37,276 nt of DNA. It comes from Candidatus Omnitrophota bacterium. GTDB taxonomy: Bacteria > Omnitrophota > Gorgyraeia > Zapsychrales > JAHFGK01. Each line of letters starts with the position of its first letter. Within the stretch, counting starts at the first letter, position 1. The DNA is taken from positions 13,230 to 50,505 of the forward strand of contig JAHFGK010000001.1 in assembly GCA_023247475.1 (NCBI GenBank), written 5' to 3'. A model generated the notes under the pieces. That model was not told the origin of the DNA. It searched no databases and was given only the letters and a program-made list of their open reading frames with translations. Shown piece by piece: positions 1 through 13,000 of the stretch. Both the position numbers and the translations under genes were made by a program.

Positions 1-2
1 GC

Positions 3-1050
3 GAGGATAACCTGCGCGACATTGAGATCACCGATTACCACGGGACTTCCTTTGGCATGTTGATCGAACAATTGGTCAAGGCAGAAAAAGAAACCGGCGG
101 TCAAATCAATGTTTCCGTTTTGAAGGCGTTCCGTAAACATCATTTAAGGGAAGTCTTAGAGAAAGTTAAAGATGAAAGTATTCGAAAGGATATTTTAAAA
201 TCCTTCAATGGAATGTCTTTGAGCCAAGTTAAGGATAAGATCTTGGAGGAAGTGATCAAATCCGATTATGCTTTATATGATGTGGTAGAAAAAGTGGTTC
301 GTAAGGAATTTAATGAAGCCTTTGAAGAAATTCGACGGCAGATCATACTTGAAAAAGGCAATTTGACAACCGATGAAGATATCCGAGAACGTTTGATCTT
401 TGCTTATGAGGCTCGCAAAAACGCCCAACAAGAGGTTCATCAATTTGAACGGGATTTGAATCAATTCGAAAAAGAACAGCCCATTTATCGTAAACGCATT
501 GGCGGTGTGAGCAGCGTCGGTATTGAAACAGGCTATATTAATTGGGTGGGTTCACCAATTTTAAGGAAAGTCAAAATGATGGGCTTAAAGCGTTCTTCGC
601 ATATGGGAGAGACATGGGAGAATGGAGAGTATCTGGCCGTGCTTCGAAGGATCAAACAAGAGATTGAGTTGGATGTGGAACGGTTAGCACATTTAACAGT
701 TTTAGGTCTTGATTTTGATGATCGTAAGAAAATTTTGGGTATCAGTAATAAAGAGAGAGCAGAAGCAAAACAACTGCAAGGTGAAATTTTTGATCTCATT
801 AGGAAAAAAGGCATTCACGTGGAGCTTCAACCCACCAGCCAAATCACGATTTCTCCGGCCTACAGTGATTATAAGGACCATACTGCCACAAGATTTTTCA
901 AAGAAAAAATCAGTATCTCCATCAATCCCGATGACAGCAGTGTCTTTGATACGAACCCGTCCCAAGAATTAGCAGAGATTTGGTTTGCCAATCCCGATAT
1001 TTCCTATGAACAATTGATGTGGACTGTCAATCAAGCCAAAGAGTATCGGT
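3..1050 (+). other. Domain of giant ORF: adenosine/AMP deaminase-like (C-terminal part of barrel)
   Basis: Motifs SHMGE (HAGE), ERLAH (RIGH), VELQPTSQ (EVCPTSN) and ISINPDDSSVFDT (SINTDDP..F.T) occur in the canonical order. Confidence 0.8.
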
Positions 1051-4000
1051 TTTATGAACATCCGGAAGAAGTAAAAAAGCGTTTAACAAAAGAACGTTGG
1101 CGCGTTTGGGAGGCATGTAGAAAATTTGTGTCGGCTGTAGTCGTCTTTGGAAGCGCTCGAATTGCTCGAGGATCCGTCCAATATGAAGTAGGTAAGAATT
1201 TGGGGAGGGCCATCCAGCGCAAAGGTTTAGTCCCGCGCAGCGGCGGGGGACCAGGTCACATGGAAGGTCCCGCGGAGGGCTATGTTTTGGAAAGACAAAA
1301 GACACTTAAGATTATTAAAAAGATGATCGATGCCGTTAAGACGCAGGCGATACGAATTGTTTTACCATTCGAACAGTTCACCAGTAAATTTATGGAGATC
1401 GTTTTTAATTTTAGCCATTTTGTTTTTAGGAAATTAGCTTTGCATTTGAAGAGTCTGGGGATTATTGCTCTGTCTGGCGGGCTGGGAACTTGGGATGAGA
1501 TTATGGAAACTTGGCGGCGGGAGCGGCCGGTGGTGCTTTTAGGGAAAGATTTTTACGAGCCTTTGATTAATGCTTTACGCGAAAGTTGGGAAATGGCCGG
1601 GATGACTGATCAGATTCGAATGTGGCCTGTAATTACGGATTCCATTGATGAAGCCTTGGATAATATGTTGCGATTGTCCCAAGAAGGTTATATTGCCAAA
1701 ACCAATCAGGCTGAAACGAAAATAGCCGTTAAGGAAATGCAGGATGGATTGGATAAATTGAATAAACTGCCTCGTGGAATAGTGATCTTAGGCCATCCTG
1801 CAGATCATCCTTATGGAAGAGAGGTTGTGGGAAGATTTCAAGAAATCCTCTCCGCCATGATGAAAAAGGATATGGCGGTGCGCATTAGCAGTCGTGGCCT
1901 TGTTTTTGATGCAACGTTGGAGATTGCAAGATCCATGCACAAGGAAAATATTTTACAAACAGTTTTGTTTAGATGGAACGGCGATCGGCCTTGGAGTTCG
2001 GAGGAAAATTATTTAGCTGAGAATTTTCCTAATAATACAGTTTTAACCACCGATGATTCGATTCATCAGTTGCTTTTAACTTACGATGCCCGCGGTTATG
2101 TGCTTTTACCCGGAGGTGTGGGGACATTGAATAAATTGTTTGATATCGTGGCAACGATGCAGACAGGAAAGATCCGTCGAAAACCCATTGTTTTGGTTGG
2201 TCGGGAATTCTGGGCGCCGATTTTGAAGAAGATGAAAGAGGTTTTTGAAGGGCACGATCCTCAGGTGATTTCTCCCGGGGATATGGAGCTCGTCAAAATT
2301 GCGGATACGCCTGAAGATGCCTTGCGTATTTTAGGATTAAATCATGATTTCTTAGAAAGAGCACCGCCTCCTTCAGCGTCACCGTCATCACCAGCCCCGG
2401 CTTCCTCGATTTCTTCCACTTCTCCCACCGAGCAAAATCGGAAAATCTATGAAGACATTTATCAGTCGTTTAAAACGAAGGGAATTGATCCCGAGAAGCA
2501 AAATGCTCTCCGTGGGAAATTTGAGAAAGAAGTGGATGGCTCATTAAAACTTATTGATCACAGTAACCTTCCGGTTAAAACCGCTGTACCTGTTGAGACC
2601 AATAGTTATTCGGCCTACATTGGCGCTCCATTGCCAGAAAAAGTAGCTCAGAGATTGCTTCAGATCAGTTCCGATATTCGCTCTATTTTGCCACCGGATT
2701 TGGCCGTTTATCAAGCTGATTTAGATTCCTTGCATATCTCTGTTCAGATCTTGCAGGATTTGGGAATCACGCAGATTTTCGATGATCCTAATAATGAGCT
2801 TACTATTGAAGAACGGCAAGGACTTATCGAAATTTTGCGTGATGTTGTCAACAAAACGAAAGAGTTTGATCTCAAATTAGAAGGGATACGATTCGGGAAC
2901 GACGGAGGAGTCATTGCTGTTCTAACCGATGACGGCTCTTTGTTTAAATTGAGGAAGGAATTTTATGACCGTGCTATTGAGGTGACGCCTAAGATAAAAA
3001 ATAAGCAACCGAAAGTAGTTATACTTATTACTTTGATGCGGATTTTGGATCACGTTGATGATAAGACATTAGCGATTTTAAAACAAAGGGCTGATGAACT
3101 TAAGGATATCACAGTTGAAAATTTGATTTTGCGCGTTGATAGAATCAAAGTTGGACATGAGACACGTTGGATGCATGAGGGAGTCGAAAATGAAGAGATT
3201 ATTCCATTGGCTTCTCAGCAAATTCAAGGGGCAGGCCCTGCTTCCAACAGCAGCGGGGCCGGCATGATTCCGGCTCTGAGTTGGTTGTTGATGAAGATGG
3301 GAATTTTACTGGAACATCAGGCCTGGATCGAGCAGGTGATTTTCTGGATCATCAATCTGTGGTTGATGACGGTCTTCGGCGCGCTTTGGGCAACCGCGAT
3401 CACCTGGTCGACGTTTTTCCTTTTGCATTTTCTGCGCACAAAAAACATGCCCCAGACGCCGCCGTGGCGAGGGATATTATTCATATCTGTTGTCAATACA
3501 CTTCCTTTCTTTTTCCTCTCATTTCAAAGTATTGGATTTCTAATTCTTTTCTTCATTTTTATAACAGCTATACATCATCTTCTTAATCTCGTTTATTTAC
3601 CTTCCGAAGAAATTGCAAGATTGCCTAAAGAAATTCGGACTAAGCAGAGTTTAGAAATCGTCTGGCTCTCTGCTTTAAAAGATTGGGATTCCTCCGATAG
3701 GAATGAGTTGCTGGGTGCCAAGGCCGCAAATTTAGAAGAATTGATGAATATCCCAGGGATTAAGGTGCCGAAAGGATTTGTAATCTCAACGGCTGTATTT
3801 GATCGTTATTTAAAGTCCATCCATTTGGAAGAATCGATTGCTGATTTAGAGAGATTGTCCAGTTTGCGCAAGAGTTTATCCAAGGCACACGAATTTATTA
3901 GTTATTTTTTTGAGGGAATATTGAAATTAACTATTGTTGCAAAAATATTATCTGAAATCTGGAGAATATTTTCTGGCATGATACGGATTGATGCTGATTT

Positions 4001-7000
4001 GGCCGAGATTGCTAAAAATATAAAGGAAAGGATAATTTCCGGACATTTAAGGGAAGATCTTCGCGTTTCCATTATTGCCGCTTATCAACAGTTAAGCTCA
4101 AAAAACAAAGATATGCTGGTAGCGGTTCGTTCCTCCGCAACGGCTGAAGATATGCCCCATGCTTCTTTTGCCGGTCAATATAAGACATATCTCAATCAAA
4201 TAGGTGAGGAACAAGTTATAGAAGCTGTAAAGAATGTATGGGCATCTACTTATAATATTAATGTTATCAATTATCGTAATGAGAATAATATTCCGCATGG
4301 TAAAACTAAAATGGCTGTTTTAATTCTCGAAATGATTGATGCCCAATCAGCAGGTACTGCCTTCTCTGTAGATCCCGAAACAGGATTTCCCATGGTCAGT
4401 ATTAATAATACTTACGGTCTTGGTGAAATTGAAGTGTCCGGGAATGTTACTCCAGATACATGGCTTGTTGACTCAGAAACAGAAACAATTCTTAAGCGCC
4501 GGTTGGGTGAAAAGCGAGTTAGGTTTGCTTACGACCCCCGAAAGAAGACAAATGTTATAGTTCAAAATTCGGCGGAAGAGCAGAGTCGATTTGCTATGGG
4601 GTCTAGGGAAGCCAGACAAATTGCTTCTCAACTCAGGGTTATCGATAAATATTACAAGAGCAGAATGAAAGATATTAAATATATTGAAACCGAATATGCA
4701 ATAACAAAGGATGGTGAAGTTATTTTCACCCAAGCGAGAGCCGAAACAGTTTGGAGTAGAGGGAAATCATTATTGGTTGCTATCGACAAGAAAGCTGCCA
4801 AGGATTTTCCTTTAATACTGGAGGGTGGCATTACAGGATCGGTGGGAGTGGCGACTGGAATTGTCCGCATTGTTTACTCAGTTGAAGACGCTGATAAAAA
4901 AATAAGGCCAGGAGATATCATGGTCGCCCCAAATACAACCAGTGTATGGGAACGTGCGATGGGATTGGCTGCAGGTATGGTTACTGAAATCGGCGGACCT
5001 GGGAATCATACAGCTGTTGTTTCTCGGGAACAAGGCAAGCCGGCGATCGTAGGAAATTCTAATGCGATAAATGTATTAAAACAATATGAGGGTCGAACAA
5101 TAACAATTGATGCTGTATTTAAACGAGTTTATTTAGGAAAAGTACATGCGTCCTGTTTTTATCGACCCGATCAAATACCAGCCCATTATCTAGGTCTCGA
5201 TAGTGTAACCGAGGAGGAACATTGGAACGGTGCTAAACAAGGCAGACAAACAATTGAAGACGGTGATGGAAAAAGATGGATTGGGAAACCTAACGAGCCC
5301 ACAAGTTTTTTCTTACAAAACATTCATGATAAAAGCCACGACTGGGTAGCTAGAGTTGCCAGTTTAAGTCCTATTGAGGAAGGGCAGGACAGAATTCAAG
5401 GAAAAATATATCAGGTTGATTTTAAAAATATTCATAAATGGCGGGAAGAATTCAGAAACAAGCGAATTGAGGAATTGGAAAGTCTATATCAGGAGTGGGT
5501 TGAAATTATTGACCATTATCTACGAGTAAGTAGGGAACTTGAATTATCAAGTGAATCTATAAGAGAGTGGATTGATGCATTTATGAAGCTTAACGGGATC
5601 ATGAATGTTTCATTCCCATTTAATGAAGTTGTAACAGGATTACTTGAACAGGAATTACAGGACAGAAAATTGAAAGAACCATATTTTTCATGGTTGCATT
5701 CTTCATTAAACAGCTCATTTTGCGGGACATTAAAAATGGAAGCTGATAGGGTCTATGGAGAACTTTTGGATGAATTAAGAAAACGACGATCTTCTATTAC
5801 CCATGCGCTTCAACGTGTGGCTCAAGATGGAAAATATACGGAAGAATTCTTAAACGACCAGAACCACAGAAGATTTCTGAGACAGCTCGAGAAATATGCA
5901 AAGAATTTCAGGGTTACCAGCGAATTTGCGTTAAGCTTAACTGCCACATGGCCTTTACAGAAAGTTGCACAAGATTTAGTCAGTGATCTCGAGAGCGGGA
6001 GAAGGATAAATATCCCTGAACAGATAATGGAAGAATATTATCCGGAAGATCAGGAATTTAACAGAATCTTTCGGTTGGCTGCATTATCCGCGAAATTAAA
6101 GCAAGATTCTCATCACATAAAATTCCGCGGGCAATGGAAATTTATGGAAAAAATTCAACCTTTAGAGGAATTCCTTATGCAAAAAAGGGAAATTGGCACC
6201 GTTGAAGAAATCTTCGACCATAAGCCGGAATGGCTGGTGGAGAAGATAATTGAATATGAAAAAACAGACGCTTTAAAAAATTTACTTCTCAAAGAATACT
6301 TAAATATGAGGCCGTATAAAACCTATCCGTTGCATCCTAAGGAATTGGATATAAGTTTAAAATTCTTGCCGATTGAAGGTGCTTTAGAAGAAATAAAGGA
6401 AATTTTGCTGGAAAGACACGTTGATCCCAATCGAATTGATAATTTGACAATGGGTTATGAGCGGGCGTGGGCATTTATTCGTAATCGCTACCCACATCAA
6501 AAAGAGAGATTGAGTAAATTAAAAATTCGGATCTCCAACAGGAAGGTATCAAAATTAGAGCCCCAAAAAGATATTTTACCTCTTGAGTATGAAGACTTAA
6601 AAAACAGCGATTATGTTACTCAAAAATTCCTAAGGGCTTTTGATTGGCATGCTGTTAGGCCGAATGAATCAATACAAAAGGCGGTTGAGGCATTATTTTT
6701 GGATATTGAAGAAGTTCTGTTTTTCTTGAGTCTGTCCCCGGATCGACAAAATAACTACTTGCAGTCAATGTTAAGGAAAAAATTTTATAAGGTTTTAAAA
6801 AGCATTGGAGAAGAAAATGAAAACGAGATCGCTGATCCCATTTTCCAATATGCCCGGCAAGCAAAGGAATATTCTGATTTTTCCTTAACGCGGTCATGGC
6901 AGAAGGATGAAAGACTACATGAGCTTATGGAGATTTTTGCCGAAAATCTCATTTATTTGAAATCATTGTGGAAGAACAAATATCCAAGCAAAAGTTTATA

Positions 7001-10000
7001 TGAATTTTATGGTTCCTTAATCGAAGAATCTCAAAAAACCGGAATATCACCAACCGTGATCGTGATTGGTGTAATTAATTTAAATAGAATAGAGAATACC
7101 ATTGATAACTTCTTATTAAGAAGGCGATATCAAATTTCGTTTGAAAAGACACCCGCCGATTATATTTTCATTGGGGGAGGAGGATTCAATTCGGGTACTA
7201 TCGGCAGAAGCCTACGCTGGGTCAAGGAGCATGAAGAGAATGATTTTGATGATCGATGTCATTGTAGCGTAAACATAACATCTACCTGGGATAGAGGCGG
7301 TTCATCACAAAAGGATGCCGATGCAGTCAGGGGCAGATACAAAACTCACGTATTGTCGCCGGGAGACATTATGACAGTTCTGTCTTTCCAGACCATTACT
7401 GATACCAATTGGTTTTCGAAGGAAGATCCAGAAAATTTGTGGGAATCGGATGATAAGCCCGAAAATAGTGAAGCTGTTAAGGATCTAATTTATACCTACA
7501 AAAATCGTCTTACTGTCCCTGAGGACCATACTTTTGAGGAAGTGATTGAAAAGAGGATACAGGAAGTTTATAAAAATGAAAATTTAATAAAACCCGATAA
7601 TTGGCAAGAGTTTGTAGTTAACTTAAGGGGAGCAGCCAGATTTGTTGACAGAGAATTGATTAGCAAAGGGTATTTGCAGGGTATCAGAGAGCAGGTGACC
7701 AGTGTACAAAATTTATTATTATTAGCATTGATTATTGCTTTTAATCCTGACTACAAAAAGGGTGAAAAACTTAATGCGACACACGCCTCTCGAGAGATTC
7801 ATTATATCCTAGGATTAAAAAGGATTTTTGCTCTGCCTGCTAGTTTTGAAGATGCGGTTTCCGCGATGAAATTAGAAGGCAGGGATCGGAAAGGAGAGAT
7901 AGTTAAGGAGATTGTCGGTCACTTGAATTTTGCTAATGAAAAAGAGGAGTATAAAATTGTTGAAGGGAAAGATTCCTATGAGGCAATACCATATCAGCTG
8001 GTCCTCAAGGAAACAGAGGATTCAAAAGCCGTAAGTAATCAAGATTTGAACCGTAATCGATTCCCTAAGGCGAATCCAGACGCTGTGAATGCAATTAAAA
8101 ATGCGAAAAGGGCTCTTATTATGGGGATGAGTAGCCCATTTGACAGCACTTTAGTTAATTTAATGCCGGTAGAAATAGTTGAAGAGATGGAAAAGAAAGT
8201 ATTGCAATGGAGAAAAAATGAGGGTGCGGGAGTCATGTCCTTTTATTTCCCTAAAGTTATTACAGAATTACAGATGGAAAAATTAAGTTTAAAGGAAATC
8301 TTTTTGTTAATGGAACGCTCTATTCAGGCCGCACAAGGAAGACCTGATTTTAGCATTGAGAATATTATTACGCATGTTTTTATGCCTAATGTCCCACAAA
8401 AGGTGTGGAGCATATATCTTGCGAAGTTAAAAAAGTCTAAGAGATATCTATTAAATGAATCTGGACAAGCGGAATTGGATAAAGTGGCGATCGGGGATCG
8501 TGATGTATTCGATCAAGTAAAGGCCATATTTTTTAATAAAAATTATTGGAGTAAAAAGGCACAGGAAGGAATAGAGGATGGGAGAATTAAGATAACGAAA
8601 ATGATTCCAGGAGTTCCTTTTATTTTTACAGATGAAGATCAAAACTTTTTAGAGAGTCGCGGAATTGAAGTTGTGGATGCTAGTCGCGAAGATCATGAAA
8701 AGCTATATCGTATATGGGAAGAAAGAGTTGTCTACAACACCAATCAAGTTGCACGTATTCTTAATCGAGTTATCAAGAAAAATGACCAGTCCAGCACTAC
8801 AATGCTTGATTCGAAATTGGTTAACGAAATTGTTCGGGTCGCCGGAGAGTCAATTAGGTCTTTCTTAAAAGACTTGGATCCCCATAGTGAGAATATTACG
8901 AATTCACAATTCTCCGATATCGCCCGATTCAATAATTTATGGGAAGCAGTTAGAAGATTTAAAAAAGAAGGACCGACAAGTTTTTCTAATGAGAAATTAC
9001 TTGCAGCAAAAACAGCCATCCCACGAATTGAGCTGAGAGGACGGCGAGAGAATGGTCAAGCTGCCCAAGTTGCCATAATCGGAGTGCCGGGTGTTTATAG
9101 AGCCAGAGTCATATCTTCATTCGATGAAATGATTAGAATGCATGGCTTAAATTTCAAGCCCGGAGGCGTAATGACGATCGAGGTTAATAGGGCGGGTGTC
9201 AATAAGGCTTTACCTATAGAATATCTTGGTAACCATTTTGATGAGATTCTGAAGCAGATGGAGTATACACCAGGTCATTTGATCAATTCCAGTAAAACTC
9301 GCACGGTCATCATCACCGATGCTGATGGAACCATTTACGGAAATCCGACAAAGGACCGAAATCCGTCATTAAGTGAAAGTCCTGTTCGACAAGTTTTGGA
9401 AGAATATTTGCAGGCAGGAGGAATCCTTGTTATTGATAGTGGAAATGATTTGGAGTTAACGGCAAAACGTTTGTTAGATCACGATGCGATTCCTCCTCGT
9501 TTACGCCATCGAATTATCATTGCCGCCAATGGTGGGACTAATATGGCCAGGTTGACCTCAGAAGGAAAAATGGTGGAAATTCTTGACTATGATCAAAATG
9601 CACTTAAAAAACATTTTTCACAAGATCGACATAAAGTTATTGAAGAATTAGATGCTGTTTATCTTGGAGACGATGCAAGCAAAGAGGGAAATGATTTTCC
9701 CAGTTATCGGAAAATGGGGTTCCACCGCTCTTTAACTGTAACGAGCGATGAGTGGGAGAACATTCCGGATGAGCTTAAAGCCAACTACATCGGTGGTTTA
9801 GAACAGGGGACAAGGATCTTTTTAGAAAGAGTAGTCGCGGCCGCAAAATTGAAACCCTATCAAAAATTATTTAATGTGCCCGGGCTCCGAACTACTATTG
9901 AGGGGACATGTAATGCCTTGACAGTTTTAGATAATGAAGAATTAAGAGAGATTATGAAGCAATTTACGAGGCATATGAATAATCGGGAAGTGGATGGGCA

Positions 10001-13000
10001 AAAGAGTTCACTGCCCATGATGCCTGCTTTCATTAAAGCGGCCACAGGAGGAGAATCGGGAGAGTTTCTTGGGGTGGATTGGGGAGGAAGCAATCTGAGG
10101 GTTATGCTTGTGCAATTAAGTCCTGGGAGAAAGCCAAAAATTGTAAAAAGCAGTAAACTAAAATTCAGTGATCAACATAAAAACGGCATTATCAATCCCT
10201 TTGAGACTATTGCCCAAGTGATTAAAAGTTTTAACCTAGACCCTGGTAAGAGGTATGGTCTGGGATTCACTTTTTCACAGCCTGTTGAGCAAAAGAGCCT
10301 TATATCAGCAATATTATGGAAATGGGTCAAGGGATGGAATATCAAAGACGTTGTGGGCAAAGATGTCAGTCAGCTTTTGCAAACAGCTCTTGAGAGCAAT
10401 GGGCTTAATGTTGAAGTGCGAGCCTTGGTAAATGACGTCGTAGCGACACACTTGGCAGTTCCCCATGCAGATATAGGGTTGGTTTTAGGGACAGGGTTTA
10501 CTTTTTCCATGCTCGGAGACGATGGTGAAATCATTAATACAGAAGGGGGTGCGTTTATTTACAACGGGCTACCCCAAACCATTTTTGACCGTGATATTTA
10601 TCAAAATATGGATCCACTCAATGAGCATGCCTTCGAGAAAATGGTTTCTGGAGCATATCTTGGCAAGATTCTTCGTATGCAATTAAGAGCATTGAGGGTC
10701 CAGGGTAAGTTTATGAATGAATATGACAAGGTATCATTTATTGATGAACCTCAAAAACTTCAGGTAGAGGAATTTAAAAATGGTGATGCTAGAGAATTCA
10801 TTGCGGCATTAACTGCCGATATACAAACAAAGCTAAAACACGATTTGCCGAAAATTGAGTCTCCAAGAAAAATGTTGGATTGGATTATCCAGGGCCCTGT
10901 TATCTTTGAGTTATTTGATCATTATAAATATGAATCCTTTTTGAGCGAAGCCGGATTAAAACTTTTTCACAAGATTAAAGCCTCATATAATGTGGCATCA
11001 TTGTCGGCATTAGCACACAATCAGGTTTCCCAATTAACAAGCACTCCGGATGGGCAGAAAATGCAAAGGATTATATTGGACTTAATTTATGCCGACAAAA
11101 TGCCCCAAGATAGCCCTGATATTTTAATGACCAAGTTAATCAGCTTAATTGAAAGTTATGATAACTTGGAAAGCCTTCGTGTTGCATTAGGAGGAGATGA
11201 GCAATTTGCAATATTGTACGGGATATCAAATCGAGACTTGAGAACATTGAAGCAATTGAGTAAAGATATTTCAAGACGAGCCGGGCGTTTGCTTGCCGCG
11301 GAACTCCTTGCGGCTATAGAAAAAAATGATCCTCAATTATCGAAGAATCATATAGTGGCTGTTGATGGGAGTGTTTATGAAAAACACCCCCAAATGCGTC
11401 AGTATATTCATGAAGGTATTGCTCAGTTACGAGGACTAAATATTAATGATCAAGGTGGACAGATTGAATTTGTTTTTGCCGAGGATGCAACCTTAATTGG
11501 AGCGGCAATTGTAGCAGCAGTGGCAGAACAAAAATTAAGTATAAAACAAAAGGAGGCATCTAGATTAAACTCTGGCGCAGGCATGATTCCGGCGTTGAGC
11601 TGGGCGTTGACGAAAATGGGAATTTCGCTTAAGCATCAGGCCTGGATCGAGCAAGTGATTTTTTGGCTCATCAATCTGTGGTTGATGACGGTCTTTCATA
11701 GTTTGCTGGCAACCGCGATCACCTGGTCGGCGTTTTTCCTCCTTCACTTTCTCCGCACCCAAAACGTGCCGCAGGCCCCGCCGTGGAAGTGGATAGTGTT
11801 CATTGCCATCATCAATGCTTTTGCCTTATGCTTCACTCCTCTTTCTTTTATAAAAATGTTGATTCTCAACTTTATCCTAGCAACTCTTATCCATCATATT
11901 CTCAATTTGAATAAGATGGTGATAACTTGGTACAAGCCTTACGTCCAAACACGATTATCCGAATTGCCTTTAGATGAGCGGGGCACGTTGATTCATAAAA
12001 TTTGGGAATCGATAGAATACGATGCTAATAATCCGCTCATCACTCAAATCGCTCATTTCTCCAAAAGGGGTGTTAAAAAAGAAACATTAAAAAGATTGAT
12101 TGATTTTCTAATGAGCATAGGTGCGGATGTCGCTAATCCGTGGGTCATTAGTTTCCGGTCGGAAACAGTTCTAACCAAAATGGCCTCGCATTTGTTAGAT
12201 GAACCTTCCAATTTATCTGATATTGAGGGTGATAGGAAATTTTTAGATATTAAGGTTTCTGAGCCGTTAGTAGAACCCGATCTTTCTTTACGAGCGGATA
12301 TTTCTCTTCAAGAAATGAAAGACAGTTATCATCGGTTGTTGGATTATCAGAAATCATGGATATTGTCCGGGCGTGGTTTTCTCGAAATTGCCCATCAAGT
12401 TCGTTGTAGCGGTAACAAATTTGCCGAGAATGTGATAAGAATCCTATTGTCAAGGGTCTGGGAAGAACTAAGGATATCTCCTCAAGCAGATGCGTTTTTA
12501 TTTTTTGCTGATATCAAAACCTTTGCTTCAGATATTGATTGGGTTTACTGGGGACCGATGATTGATGAGGTCAATGTCAGACTGGCTTCTTATCTACAGT
12601 TAGTTGGGTTTAATCCTGATTTGTTGGGATCAATGCTTTTGACCGAAGAAATAAGACAGGGGCGAGTCGGTCATACTCTCATTCAGTCTTTTGCCAACGG
12701 AACGGTGATTGAAATGAATCAGGGAAATTTTAACGATTTTTATCGAATGGTCATTAGGCCTAATGCGGATTTAAACAATGTTTGGTTGGAAGCTCACCGG
12801 AAATTATCGCGCCGGTTGGCCACATGGAACAGAACAACTTTGCAGCCATTCCGCTCCTTTAGAATCAGTGATTTTAAGAAACTTCAGCACCGGACTGTAA
12901 CAACGCTCCTTTTCGGTTTGGCGCGGAAATTTAATATCCCATTCGGCCCGAGTTGGGAAGATTTGTTTGAGCAATTGAAGCGATTTCTGTCGGAATCGGA

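Noticed and set aside
57-59. ATG 57 as the start of the giant gene
   Set aside because: The frame is open from base 3, there is no SD, and the sequence is mid-deaminase domain.
11550-11585. AAGGAGG before cassette 2 as an internal translation start
   Set aside because: It is about 26 nt from the ATG, encodes K-E-A in frame, and is absent at copies 1 and 3.
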